A stretch of 64,000 nucleotides of DNA from Dehalococcoidia bacterium (GCA_034431195.1 DAOUDP010000025.1:20220-84219); one strand, 5' to 3'; numbered from the stretch's first letter, positions 9,096 through 18,869 are shown. The notes: a model not told the origin generated them from the letters alone. A program made the numbers and translations.

Positions 9096-11270
9096 TCAGG
9101 TAGTGATATAGTGTGATTTGCCATATTTTGCCAGCAGCTCAGCGCTATGCATTACTTTGATATTGCTGTTACGCTTATCCAAGCCACCCCTGAGCTGAAG
9201 AACACAAGGGGTGCAATTGGTAACCACTATATCGGCGCCAGTGGCTTCTATATTGTCCAGCTTTCTGTTCAAGATTGACCCTGATAGTTCGGGGTATTCA
9301 AGCACAAAAGTGCCAGCAAAGCCGCAGCAAACATCAGCATCATTCATCTCTATTATTTCAACCCCTTCCCTCCGGAGTAATTGTCTGGGCTCGTGATATA
9401 TGCCAAGTCCCCGTCTTAGATAGCAGGAGTCATGGTAAGTAACCTTGAGGTTTTGAGAAGGCATTTTCTCTGCCGTAGAAGTTAATTGAAGAATCAGCTG
9501 TGAAAAGTCTCGAATTTTGGTGGACATTGCTTCCGCTCGGTGACTCCACTCAGGGTCATTAACAAGCAGCCGTGGATACTCCCGTTGCAGCATAACGGCG
9601 CAACCGGGGCATACGGTAACAACATAATCAGGATTCATTTCTTCAATGGCAGCGATGTTTATTTTGGCCAGCTTGATGCATGTTTCCTCGTCGCCAGTAA
9701 CCAGTGCCGGGGCACCACAACAAGTTTGCTTTCGGGGATAATATGGCACAGCGTCCCATTCTTGGAGATACTTCATGACATCTTCGCCAATTTCAGGATA
9801 GGCGTAGTTAGCAACACACCCGGCGTAGAAAGCTACCGTAGGCTGAGCTGTTGCTCCAGGTGATGAGAAATCTTTCATCCTGTGGTGTAACGGACGATGT
9901 GATGCTGCTGGAAGGCTGATAGTTCGAGTTAGCGAGTCGAGTGGATAGGGAAGCCGTCTTATCATGGAGTCCTTGCCGACGAATGGCGATTGCAAGTATG
10001 AGCCAATTCTTATCGTTGCGTTCAGCCACCTCGCGTGGCTCAAGATACCGTGATAGGCAACCTTATCTGTCCATGATAGGCCACTTTGGGCAACGATGTT
10101 TTTCCTGAGGCTTAATATCATGTGTGGTATGTCAATATGGGCGGGGCAGACCTCAGTGCAAGCCATGCAGTTCATACACAAGCTTGCCGGGTCAGCAGCT
10201 TTATCAATGCCGTGCAGAAAGGCGGTCAGAATGGCACCGATGCCCCCCTGATATATGTAGCCATAAATCTGCCCGGCGACTGAGCCAAAGACAGGGCAGA
10301 TATTAAGGCAAGCGCCACATTTAATGCAGTATAGCGCCTCTTTGAACTCATCAGATTGTCTTATTTGCGTGCGACCATTATCCACCAGGACGATGTGGAG
10401 TTCACCAGGACCCTGAATGCCGAACAGCGGTTCTTCTGACATAGCGGTGGTAGCACTGGGACCAGTAATGTGAGAGACATAGACTGACTGTTTTTGACCT
10501 GTCGTGCTGCGGCTAAGCAATTTAAGTATTGCGGTGGCGTCATCCAGACTGAAAACAAGCTTTTCATAACCGACTACTGCCACATGTATTGGAGGTAGGG
10601 TGGTGACCAAACAGCCATTAGCTTCATTAGTGACGATGACCAAGGTTCCAGTTTCAGCTATGGCGATGTTGGCTCCTGAAATACCCATATCTGCATTAAG
10701 GTAGGCTTGCCTCAATGTGCGACGGGCTACCTCGACTAGCTTTTGAGGGTCAGGCCCTAGCTCCTCGCCGGCTACTTTGGAAAGAAGCTCAGCTACTTGC
10801 TCTATAGTCTTATGTATCGCTGGCCCCACCAGATGTGAAGGTTTTTCTCCTGCTAGCTGGATGATATACTCTCCGAGGTCAGTTTCTGTTACCTCAATGC
10901 TAGCGTCCTTAAGATCTTTATTTAATTCAATTTCCTCGGTGACCATTGATTTTGACTTGACTACCCGTTTTACATTGCGTTCCTTTGCTAGCTTCAAAAT
11001 ATAATTGTTGGCATCCTTGGCATCTTTAGCTTCATAGACCACAGCACCGGATTTAGTAGCTTCCGCCTTAAATCGCTTCACAAGTTGGGGAAGGTTGGCG
11101 ATGGATTTCTCTTTTACGTGGCGAACTTCGTCTCTTAAACTATTAAAGTCAATGCCATCCATCCCAATCTGGCGGGCTAGCTTTGTGATCAACATGAAAG
11201 TAGGAAGAGCCATCTGCAGATTCTTATCTGCCAGTGCCTTATTCACACGCTTTCTCATCTTTGCCGTCAT
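9096..11270 (-). CDS. LutB/LldF-type LUD domain + 2x[4Fe-4S] + CCG domains fusion (lactate-utilisation-type oxidoreductase)
   Basis: ETDLGEYIIQL, GISGANIAIAETG, CIKCGACLNICP, CMNCMACTEVCP, CCG and YHDSC..CCG motifs. Confidence 0.9.
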   Translation of the reverse strand: MTAKMRKRVNKALADKNLQMALPTFMLITKLARQIGMDGIDFNSLRDEVRHVKEKSIANLPQLVKRFKAEATKSGAVVYEAKDAKDANNYILKLAKERNVKRVVKSKSMVTEEIELNKDLKDASIEVTETDLGEYIIQLAGEKPSHLVGPAIHKTIEQVAELLSKVAGEELGPDPQKLVEVARRTLRQAYLNADMGISGANIAIAETGTLVIVTNEANGCLVTTLPPIHVAVVGYEKLVFSLDDATAILKLLSRSTTGQKQSVYVSHITGPSATTAMSEEPLFGIQGPGELHIVLVDNGRTQIRQSDEFKEALYCIKCGACLNICPVFGSVAGQIYGYIYQGGIGAILTAFLHGIDKAADPASLCMNCMACTEVCPAHIDIPHMILSLRKNIVAQSGLSWTDKVAYHGILSHARWLNATIRIGSYLQSPFVGKDSMIRRLPYPLDSLTRTISLPAASHRPLHHRMKDFSSPGATAQPTVAFYAGCVANYAYPEIGEDVMKYLQEWDAVPYYPRKQTCCGAPALVTGDEETCIKLAKINIAAIEEMNPDYVVTVCPGCAVMLQREYPRLLVNDPEWSHRAEAMSTKIRDFSQLILQLTSTAEKMPSQNLKVTYHDSCYLRRGLGIYHEPRQLLRREGVEIIEMNDADVCCGFAGTFVLEYPELSGSILNRKLDNIEATGADIVVTNCTPCVLQLRGGLDKRNSNIKVMHSAELLAKYGKSHYITT

Positions 11271-11412
11271 TTCGTATTCTCCGCCAGCGAGATTAATTCG
11301 CTACACTCGCAATAGCACCCCAAGGGAGAAATCATAAATCCCAATTTAGTAGCCATCAGCTTCATACTGACCGTTTTTCATTCTTGCTCTGTCATTTTGC
11401 CTTTTGATTTTC

Positions 11413-11628
11413 CTGAGATTGCCACGCCTTCGGCTCGCAATGACAATGGAAAGGGGCTTGCAATGATCCCTTCCGTCATTGCGAGGAATCCCCCACGAAG
11501 TGAGGGATGACGAAGCAATCTCCAAGCGAGATTCCTCGCTTGGCTCTTCACGTCGCTCAGGCTTCGGCTCGGAACAAGCTCCGCAATCTGGTACCCCGCC
11601 GAGATTGCCACGCTCCGCTCGCAATGAC
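11413..11628. repeat. Cluster of GTCATTGCGAG/GCAATCTC palindromic REP-like units
   Basis: Units at 11415-11444, 11475-11522 (inverted) and 11601-11628, plus a related unit at about 11528-11589; 11413-11444 is identical to 16609-16640. Confidence 0.85.
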
Positions 11629-11641
11629 AGTTGAGTAAAAA

Positions 11642-12421
11642 TCATGGTAACCGATATGTCTCCTCATTGAATTCTTTCACTTCCTTATGGCTATCCAGTA
11701 ACACAATGTGAACTTCTTCGGGACCTTGAGCACGGAGCAACGGTGCTCCAGGTATGTCGGCGGTAGTGCTTCTGCCGCTAATGTAAGTGATGTAGGTTGG
11801 CATCTTCTTTCCTGCGGCATTTTTACTAAGTAATTTCAGGATTGTAGCACCATCGTTCAAGCTGGAAACCAGCTTTTCACAGCCAATCATTGCCACATGT
11901 ACGGGGGGCAAGGTGGCAATCAGGCGGCTGTTCCCTTCATTGTCTATGATAACTAGAGTTCCACTTTCAGCTATGGCAATATTGGCTCCAGAAATACCCA
12001 TATCTGCATTGATAATAGACTGCCTCAAATAGTGACGTGACGCCTGCAGTAGAATCTCGGGGTCAGGTTCCAATCTTTCACCAATGGCTTTGGAAAGTAA
12101 CTCAGCTACCTGTTCTATATTTTTTTGTATTCCCTGGCTTACCAGAGGCGGAAGTTCCTCTCCCGCCAATTGAGCAACCCACTCTCTGAGGTCTGTTTCT
12201 ATTACCTCAATGTCAGCATTCTCAAGGTGTTTATTCAATCCAATCTCCGTGGCTACCACAGACTTCGACTTGACTACTCGTTGCACGTTACGTTCTCGTC
12301 CCAGCTTCACGACATAATTATTAGCATCCGCGGCACTTTCGGCCTCGTAGATTATCGCACCAACCCTGATAGCTTGTATCTTAAATTGCTCTACCAGTTC
12401 CGGCGTTGATATGGCAGTTAT
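11642..12421 (-). CDS. Stand-alone LUD-domain protein, paralog of the LutB N-terminal domain (probable ATA start at 12421; ORF-track start is GTG 12310)
   Basis: Aligns with 9096-11270 (YEA..A.DANNY..KL..ERNV.RVVKSKS, GISGANIAIAE.GT); frame open to 12421 with GGAGG 7 nt upstream. Confidence 0.8.
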   Translation of the reverse strand: MTAISTPELVEQFKIQAIRVGAIIYEAESAADANNYVVKLGRERNVQRVVKSKSVVATEIGLNKHLENADIEVIETDLREWVAQLAGEELPPLVSQGIQKNIEQVAELLSKAIGERLEPDPEILLQASRHYLRQSIINADMGISGANIAIAESGTLVIIDNEGNSRLIATLPPVHVAMIGCEKLVSSLNDGATILKLLSKNAAGKKMPTYITYISGRSTTADIPGAPLLRAQGPEEVHIVLLDSHKEVKEFNEETYRLP

Positions 12422-12521
12422 CTTTAAACCTCCAATCCAAGAAATTGCAAAATGCTATGTTCTTGTTTCCCTGGTAAAGTTCTGTGCCACAGGTTCAGGT
12501 GCTTGAGATGTCCAGCCTGCT

Positions 12522-13127
12522 TCACTGTGCCACAAGCTCCATGCCCTTGTTGAACGCCACCATATTGGTATCAAATTTTTCCCCAGGAAAGCTTTCCCGC
12601 AACACTAATTCCATCGATTTCTTATCAATGGGGAAGATGCCAGAGCCAACTAAAGCACCGATGAGTATCATATTGGCGAAGATAGGGTCACCCAGTTTCA
12701 TTGCTTCATCAGTGGCATTTATCAGCCATGATTTAGCTGATAATCCTTCGATAGCCTCGACGATCTTATCCAGGCTTGGGTATTCCATCCCAGCGGCATG
12801 TATCAGTCTGGAGTTGGCTATGGTGATAACATCGGAATTTCCGAATTGCTGCAGTATTCGCAGAGTTTCTACAGGTTCCATGCCAAGGATGATATCAGCA
12901 CGCCCATTGGGAATAAACGGGCTATACTCAGTTTCCCTCGAGATTCTCAAATGGCTCATAACACTGCCGCTTCGTTGAGATGCCCCATATGTTTCTCCAA
13001 TGGTCACGAAGTACCCTTCCCTTATGAATGCTTTACCGATAAGCAGTGATATCATCACGTTTCCCTGTCCACCAACGCCAGCGATAATTAAATTGAGTGG
13101 GTCTTTCGTTAATGTCTTCATAATCAT
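12522..13127 (-). CDS. iorB: Indolepyruvate:ferredoxin oxidoreductase beta subunit
   Basis: AGVGGQGN, GASQRSGSV.SH, NMILIGAL; ATGA overlap with the iorA stop. Confidence 0.9.
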   Translation of the reverse strand: MIMKTLTKDPLNLIIAGVGGQGNVMISLLIGKAFIREGYFVTIGETYGASQRSGSVMSHLRISRETEYSPFIPNGRADIILGMEPVETLRILQQFGNSDVITIANSRLIHAAGMEYPSLDKIVEAIEGLSAKSWLINATDEAMKLGDPIFANMILIGALVGSGIFPIDKKSMELVLRESFPGEKFDTNMVAFNKGMELVAQ

Positions 13128-15067
13128 ACTGCCTCCCTGATAATGGCACCTTGCGGGCATATATCTGCGCATACGCCACAGCCGGTGCATATTGTTTCAT
13201 CTATGGTAGCTTTGCCACTTTCGCTATCCCATACCATTCCCGGGCAACCGAACACCCTGGTGCATAGTCTATCGCAGCCACAGGCTTCCCCCAGGCACTT
13301 ATCACGGTCAACATGTACCTTGTACGGAGGTTTCTTGTCCCTCCTTCCTCTCACCAACTCGCACTCGCGGCGCATTATCACCACTCGAGGGCCTCCGTCT
13401 TGAGCTATGGCCTTTAGCAGCGTTGCCGTGCTATTCTCAAGGTCAAACGGGTCACAGACCTCAACCTGTACTCCTAACGAATGGCACAAAGCTTCCATAT
13501 CTACAGCTCTTGTTGTTTCCCCCATACCAGTCACTCCCGTTCCAGGATGAGGTTGGAAGCCAGTCATGGCAGTGGCATTATTATCCAGGATGACGAGAGT
13601 AAAATTTGATTGGTTATAGATACCATTTATCAGTGCTGGAATTGCGGCATGGAAGAAAGTAGAATCACCGCACACAGCGAGCACCGGTTGATTGAAGCCA
13701 AATTGCCCCAGCTTTCCCAATCCATTAGCTACGCCAGCACCTGCTCCCATACAATACATTGTTCGCTCTTGAAAGAAGCCGGCGGGACCTATTGCCAGGG
13801 TGTAGCAGCCAATGTCACCGGTAACAAACCCATCACGCCGATCCAGCCTGAGTGCGTTTTTGATTGCCCAAAAAGCAGCTCGATGGGGACAGCCCGGACA
13901 GAAAGTCATAATTCGCGGTGGCATGTAGGTTATAGGAACTTGTTCTGCCTTTTTACTATATTCTGGGTCGCGAGGTTGGTAAGCAAGACCCATTATCTTA
14001 GCTATTGCCTCGATAACCAGGTCAGGATTTAGCTCTCCGTAGGCATTTATATGCCCGGAGTGCTTACCGTAGAATGTAGGATGGGGTGTGCCAGGCGGTA
14101 GGTCGGCAACCAGCTCTTTTATGCTTCCTTCCAGGAAAGGATCGATCTCCTCCACCATCAGTATTTTCTGCGATTTACCTAGATGTAGCTCAATGAGTTT
14201 TTGTGGTAGCGGCCAGATGGTGCCCAGCTTCAAGATGCCCACCTTGCTCTCCAATTTCAACGCCTTCACCGCCTCTAAAGAATAGAGCCAGCAGCTACCA
14301 CCGGTTATGATTAACAATTCTGCCTCTTCCGGCCCCGTGTACCAGTTGAAAGGCGATGATTCGAATAGATCCTGTGCCTTATCCAGTTTTGCGTGCAATT
14401 GGCTATGTAACCATGCGCTTGGGTATGGTATGAATTTGGGCAAGGTGGGCACAACGGGACATATGCTGTCGAAATGTGCCTTTTGCTCCTTTTTGGGCAA
14501 CTCACCCAATGTTACGTTGCCTCTGGCGTGAGCAATGCGTGTTACGCTTCGTATCATGCATATACTATTTAATTCCTCGGCGAGGTCGAAAGCCCATTTT
14601 GTCATGTCCTTGGCTTCCTGGAAGGTGGCTGGTTCCAGGAGGGGGATATCCAGCCACTTAGCTATGTTCCTCAAATCCTGTTCATTGGAGCTGGATAGAG
14701 CAGATGGATCGTCGCAAGATACCAGAACCAACCCGGCGCCTATGCCGCTCATAACGAGGTTGGCCAGGAAGTCAAAGGCAACATTCACCCCGTTCTGCTT
14801 CATAGAAGTGATTGCTCGAATGTTGGCGAAAGAGGCACCAGCAGCAACTTCCAACGCCACCTTTTCGTTAACAGACCATTCGGCGTAAAAATTCATTTCC
14901 TTAGCCACCGATATCAGGCTCTCCATTATCTCCGTTGAAGGTGTCCCTGGGTAAGCACTAGCAAGCCCTATGCCTGCTTCGAGTGCCCCGCGAGCAATAG
15001 CTTCGTTGCCGATGAAAAGCTGGGTGCTGCCGGGAGCATCTAATCCAACGCCTGACATACTACTCAC
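13124..15067 (-). CDS. iorA: Indolepyruvate:ferredoxin oxidoreductase alpha subunit
   Basis: GNEAIARGA, YPGTPSTE, NEKVALE, FCPGCPH, GDIGCY, GDSTFFH TPP motif, DN..TAMTG.QP, C-terminal ferredoxin. Confidence 0.93.
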   Translation of the reverse strand: MSSMSGVGLDAPGSTQLFIGNEAIARGALEAGIGLASAYPGTPSTEIMESLISVAKEMNFYAEWSVNEKVALEVAAGASFANIRAITSMKQNGVNVAFDFLANLVMSGIGAGLVLVSCDDPSALSSSNEQDLRNIAKWLDIPLLEPATFQEAKDMTKWAFDLAEELNSICMIRSVTRIAHARGNVTLGELPKKEQKAHFDSICPVVPTLPKFIPYPSAWLHSQLHAKLDKAQDLFESSPFNWYTGPEEAELLIITGGSCWLYSLEAVKALKLESKVGILKLGTIWPLPQKLIELHLGKSQKILMVEEIDPFLEGSIKELVADLPPGTPHPTFYGKHSGHINAYGELNPDLVIEAIAKIMGLAYQPRDPEYSKKAEQVPITYMPPRIMTFCPGCPHRAAFWAIKNALRLDRRDGFVTGDIGCYTLAIGPAGFFQERTMYCMGAGAGVANGLGKLGQFGFNQPVLAVCGDSTFFHAAIPALINGIYNQSNFTLVILDNNATAMTGFQPHPGTGVTGMGETTRAVDMEALCHSLGVQVEVCDPFDLENSTATLLKAIAQDGGPRVVIMRRECELVRGRRDKKPPYKVHVDRDKCLGEACGCDRLCTRVFGCPGMVWDSESGKATIDETICTGCGVCADICPQGAIIREAV

Positions 15068-15089
15068 CTCCTTAAACTTGCCTCCATTT

Positions 15090-16202
15090 CTAAGCTAACA
15101 GCCTGTCAATTATGCTCTGTTGGAGACCAACATAAAGTAGATTGCTTCTATCGCCACTCCTGGTGATGATTTGCTGTAGCGCTCGTTTTTTCTTAAGTAA
15201 AGATGCCTCCTTGAGGTGAGCTAGATTCTCAGGAGGAAGGATATCAACTTCAAGCTTCCCCTTTTCCTTAGCCATCTCGATCAGTTGAGCACCGACATCA
15301 GTGCGGACAATAACGGTGTTCCATCCCTCAATACCTTCCACTGAGCCTACTGAGATATCGGCAAACTCCGAAGTCATATCCAGGCAGTAAGCACAGGCAG
15401 GCATGACAAACCTCCTGATTTCATCCAGTGGAAACGAAATTCTATCTGATGGAGTGTACGCTTCAAATATATTTGCCGGAGGAGGTGGGATATCAAATTT
15501 AGTCACCTGTGGTAAGTTGAGATTTTCCTTTAAGAATTGATGGAATCCGTCAGGGGACAAAGCCCAGGTGCAAAACAATCCGACTACTAGCTTCACATTG
15601 CCTATGTTCACTCTGTTTTGTGGTGGTTCTTCCCTCATCTTGCTCAGTGCTAAGACCTGGCAGGGCATAGCTACTACCGCCAGTCGCTGTTCACTATCCT
15701 TAGGAATCCCATTTAGAGCCTGTAATACAGGACAAGCCATATAATTGGAGCCAGCACATTTCAGCATCTCCTCCCTGCTTCGAGCTAAGAAAACGCTCGG
15801 GGTTTTATCATCGGACATCTTTGTCAGGATTGCACCGTCAATAAATCCCTCCTCCAGTGCCAATGATAAAAGCGTAGTTACCGTTCCGCCATATTGTCCC
15901 CTCTCCTTAATGCGTCCATCCGTTGACCTTGCCATCAACACTTCCTTGGTGGTTCCCAGTCCATCACCGCTATATGGCGTTCCAAAAACTCGCTGGCTAA
16001 TCGCATCCATGTCAGTGTAAGTTCGTGGACAGTACTGATAACACTGCCCTTGTGAAAGGGTACAACTATCCAGGAGCACTATCCTGCCTTTGTAGGAAAC
16101 TAAGTAAGGACAACCACTGGCACATGCACCACATAGAGTGCATAATCCGGCATCTATAACCTCCGTGAGCAACTCCTTGGAACCTTTGACTTTCATATCC
16201 AT
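15090..16202 (-). CDS. F420 hydrogenase/dehydrogenase beta subunit (FrhB/FdhB)-like flavoprotein with N-terminal [4Fe-4S]
   Basis: CTLCGACASGCP, GQYGGTVT, MPCQV, GLFCTW, CAYCLD...EFADISVG, GWNTVIVRT. Confidence 0.85.
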   Translation of the reverse strand: MDMKVKGSKELLTEVIDAGLCTLCGACASGCPYLVSYKGRIVLLDSCTLSQGQCYQYCPRTYTDMDAISQRVFGTPYSGDGLGTTKEVLMARSTDGRIKERGQYGGTVTTLLSLALEEGFIDGAILTKMSDDKTPSVFLARSREEMLKCAGSNYMACPVLQALNGIPKDSEQRLAVVAMPCQVLALSKMREEPPQNRVNIGNVKLVVGLFCTWALSPDGFHQFLKENLNLPQVTKFDIPPPPANIFEAYTPSDRISFPLDEIRRFVMPACAYCLDMTSEFADISVGSVEGIEGWNTVIVRTDVGAQLIEMAKEKGKLEVDILPPENLAHLKEASLLKKKRALQQIITRSGDRSNLLYVGLQQSIIDRLLA

Positions 16203-16443
16203 AGTTTGTTCCTTTCACACGAGATTTCCATCTTCATTGCCTTCTTCGTGTCACTGTGAATTGCTTCTATTGTGCCATCCCGGAATTTAGGTAGTAACAT
16301 CTTCTCTGTGACCAGGTGTGAATGAATATCGATTGTCGTTTCCTATCCCTCAGCTTGTTTTGTGTATTTTATCACGTATCTTCCTCAAAGAGACATCCCT
16401 GTACTCGTTTAAATATGATGAGTGACACAAGCCTCCTCTTTCT

Positions 16444-16640
16444 GTCATTGCGAGGAGTGATAGCGACGAAGCAATCTCAAGTTGAAGCACTAAATTCTAA
16501 ACAAATCCTAATATCCAAATTCAAAACTCAAAACATCCTTGGTCATTTGGATTTTGGTCATTTGATATTGTTTAGCATTTCGGATTTAGGGTTTAGAATT
16601 TCGTTTTTCTGAGATTGCCACGCCTTCGGCTCGCAATGAC
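16444..16640. repeat. Composite repeat: GTCATTGCGAG REP pair enclosing a 7-nt-periodic AAATCC/TTTGG element
   Basis: REP at 16444-16478 and inverted REP at 16609-16640; the core 16484-16605 has an A-rich heptamer arm followed by a T-rich heptamer arm. Confidence 0.8.
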
Positions 16641-16923
16641 GTGTGGGAGGACTTGCACAGAGCAAAGAATTGTTTGAGCCCCAAATTTAAGCTCAAAATA
16701 GGACATAATCTTCATACTTTGAGGTGTCACCTATCTATCTGAACTAGATCAACCCCTGGCGCTGTATAAAATGATAAAATGGGGATGTGTTTAGCATCCG
16801 GCGGCATGTGCTGCTGATATTCCTTCCTATTGAGTTGGAAGAGTGAATGCGCCATGTGCTAACTCTTAGAGGGGGGATTTTTGCTTCACAGATTCAGACT
16901 AAGGCTTGTAAGGAGGTGTCTTT

Positions 16924-17793
16924 ATGAATGCCAATGATCATCCTTTGCTTGAGACAAATAAGGTCATGCTGATTGCTGGGGTTTACGATGTTTTATCGGC
17001 CAAGATTGCTCAGTGTGTTGGATTCCCTGCTGTGGTGGTGACGGGATATGGAGTGTCGGCAAGCTACCTGGGCGAGCCTGATTTTGGCCTTTTAACTCAA
17101 AGCGAAATTCTGGATGTAGCCCGGCGTATAGTTCAGGCCGTAGATATTATGGTCACAGTAGATGTTGATACCGGTTACGGTGGTCCTTTAAACGTGCAGC
17201 GTATGGTTAGGGAACTACTAAAAATCCGAGCAGGCGGGATGATACTTGAAGATCAACGATGGCCAAAGCGTTGTGGCCATATGCGGGGTAAAGAGGTTAT
17301 TGGTGCAGAAGAACATGCCATGAAAATCCGTGCTGCCAAAGACGCCGCAGGCGAAAGCCGGTTCATTGTCACTGCTCGCACCGATGCCCTCGCTACTCAC
17401 GGTGTGGATGAAGCGATTAGAAGAGCTAGGCTCTATAAGGAAGCTGGGGCTGATGTACTGTTTGTAGAAGGACCACGTAATAAAGAAGACCTACGCTGTA
17501 TTGGCGGAGAACTACCGCCACCTTTGGCAATCAATATGATTGAGGGAGGGGTTACCCCTGTATGCAGTCTGGAGGAACTATATGAAATGGGCTTTTTTGT
17601 CGTTGGCTATGTGCTTACCGGTCTATTTGCCGCTGTAAAGGCTCTGGAAAGAGTGTTCATTACTCTAAGAAAGGAAGGGGGAAGCTCCTCTATTACCAGC
17701 GACCTGATGAGTTTTGAAGATTCTAACAGTATGGTTGGTCTCGAACAGCGCTATCAAGAGTATGAGAAATATAGGATAGAAAGCGAATTATGA
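16924..17793 (+). CDS. Isocitrate lyase/PEP mutase superfamily C-C lyase (methylisocitrate/dimethylmalate lyase-like)
   Basis: YDVLSA, DVDTGYG, LEDQ.WPKRCGH, ARTDA, GADVLFVE; AAGGAGG RBS. Confidence 0.88.
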   Translation: MNANDHPLLETNKVMLIAGVYDVLSAKIAQCVGFPAVVVTGYGVSASYLGEPDFGLLTQSEILDVARRIVQAVDIMVTVDVDTGYGGPLNVQRMVRELLKIRAGGMILEDQRWPKRCGHMRGKEVIGAEEHAMKIRAAKDAAGESRFIVTARTDALATHGVDEAIRRARLYKEAGADVLFVEGPRNKEDLRCIGGELPPPLAINMIEGGVTPVCSLEELYEMGFFVVGYVLTGLFAAVKALERVFITLRKEGGSSSITSDLMSFEDSNSMVGLEQRYQEYEKYRIESEL

Positions 17794-17886
17794 AGCGAGT
17801 GCAGGCTTGCCTTTCCTAAAATATGAGCAGCTCGGCTATTTATGCACAACGAAGCACCATGATAAGATAAACAAAAACAAAATTGA

Positions 17887-17908
17887 GCCGGTAGAGGGCC
17901 GGTAGAGG
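17887..17908 (+). repeat. 11-bp tandem duplication GCCGGTAGAGG x2
   Basis: Exact copies at 17887-17897 and 17898-17908. Confidence 0.8.
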
Positions 17909-17977
17909 ATATGTGGGGATTGAAAAGCCCGTGACTAGATTATCTACGGAAATAAAGAAACGAAAGGAGGCAAGAAA

Positions 17978-18427
17978 TTGGAGAATATAAAGGTAGAGGA
18001 TTTATTAGCTGTATCACGTAAGGGAATAGAGACGGGAAGCAAGTCAAGTGTTTGTGCTGCGTTTATTTTAGGTGCGCAGGCCATAACCATAATAGGGGGA
18101 ATAGAGGGGAGAGCGTGGGGACTGCTGGGGCTTGCCCTTACGTTGATCGCAATTCAGCAGTTCCAAACGCGGTTTGCTATAGCACGAAATGTGCCAGCAA
18201 TGCGGAAAATCGGGATAGCTATACTGGTTCTGGGCCCAATTTTGCAAGGTTGCGTGCTGCTGGGAGTGCCGGGCTTCGTTTCGCAAACCCCGCAATTTGC
18301 CGAGGTTATTCATCACCTCGCCATGATAGCAGGAGTTTTTCTGATAATTTCAGGGATTGCCGGAATTCAGGCTTCCAACACAGCGAAGGAAGTGATAAAA
18401 ATGATAGGGGGAGCAGGAGCATCATAA
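17978..18427 (+). CDS. Hypothetical membrane protein (about 4 TM)
   Basis: AAGGAGG RBS before TTG; four hydrophobic segments. Confidence 0.7.
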   Translation: MENIKVEDLLAVSRKGIETGSKSSVCAAFILGAQAITIIGGIEGRAWGLLGLALTLIAIQQFQTRFAIARNVPAMRKIGIAILVLGPILQGCVLLGVPGFVSQTPQFAEVIHHLAMIAGVFLIISGIAGIQASNTAKEVIKMIGGAGAS

Positions 18428-18596
18428 GGAGGTTGTAAGGGAGGATTTATAAAGTTTTGTCCTGCTGTGATAGCTGGGAGTCGTACCCAACTTTGATAGG
18501 GAAAATGTAGTGCTGCTCATTTGAATAAGAAACATTCCCAAGCTATTCCACGGGGAAGGCAGGCGTGAGGAAGCTTGAATTTCTGGCTTAGAATAG

Positions 18597-18869
18597 ATGA
18601 AGAAAGTTAATGCGCTGATTATAAATCTTGAAGATAATGTTGCCATCGCCCTCAAAGATATTTCTCAAGGGAAGAAGGTTATAACATCGGATCGAGAGCC
18701 ATTTCTAGCTCTTAATGACATCCCTTACAGCCATAAGGTTGCTTTGATTCACATTCCCAAAGAAGGGAAGATAGTAAAATATGGTGAAACAATCGCCATA
18801 GCAAAAACTGATGTGAAGCCAGGAGAATGGGTTCATATTCATAACGTAGAGAGCGAAGTAAAGAGATGA
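18597..18869 (+). CDS. UxaA/SuyA-type SAF-domain small subunit
   Basis: DNVAIAL, IPYSHKVAL, KYGETI, GEWVHIHNVES. Confidence 0.9.
   Translation: MKKVNALIINLEDNVAIALKDISQGKKVITSDREPFLALNDIPYSHKVALIHIPKEGKIVKYGETIAIAKTDVKPGEWVHIHNVESEVKR

Noticed and set aside
11413-11628. Possible CRISPR array
   Set aside because: Units alternate in orientation and vary in length, with no regular spacers and no cas genes
11346-11645. ORFs 11346-11645 and 11378-11611
   Set aside because: They are translations of the palindromic repeat array (VIASRRRGNL/SLRAEGVAIS), with no RBS or family motifs
16203-16430. Minus-strand 18-aa ORF behind GAGGAGG and a TIDIHSH-containing frame (amidohydrolase-like remnant?)
   Set aside because: One short motif only; cannot be separated from chance
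16322-16612. 96-aa ORF
   Set aside because: Derived from the composite repeat and low-complexity heptamers
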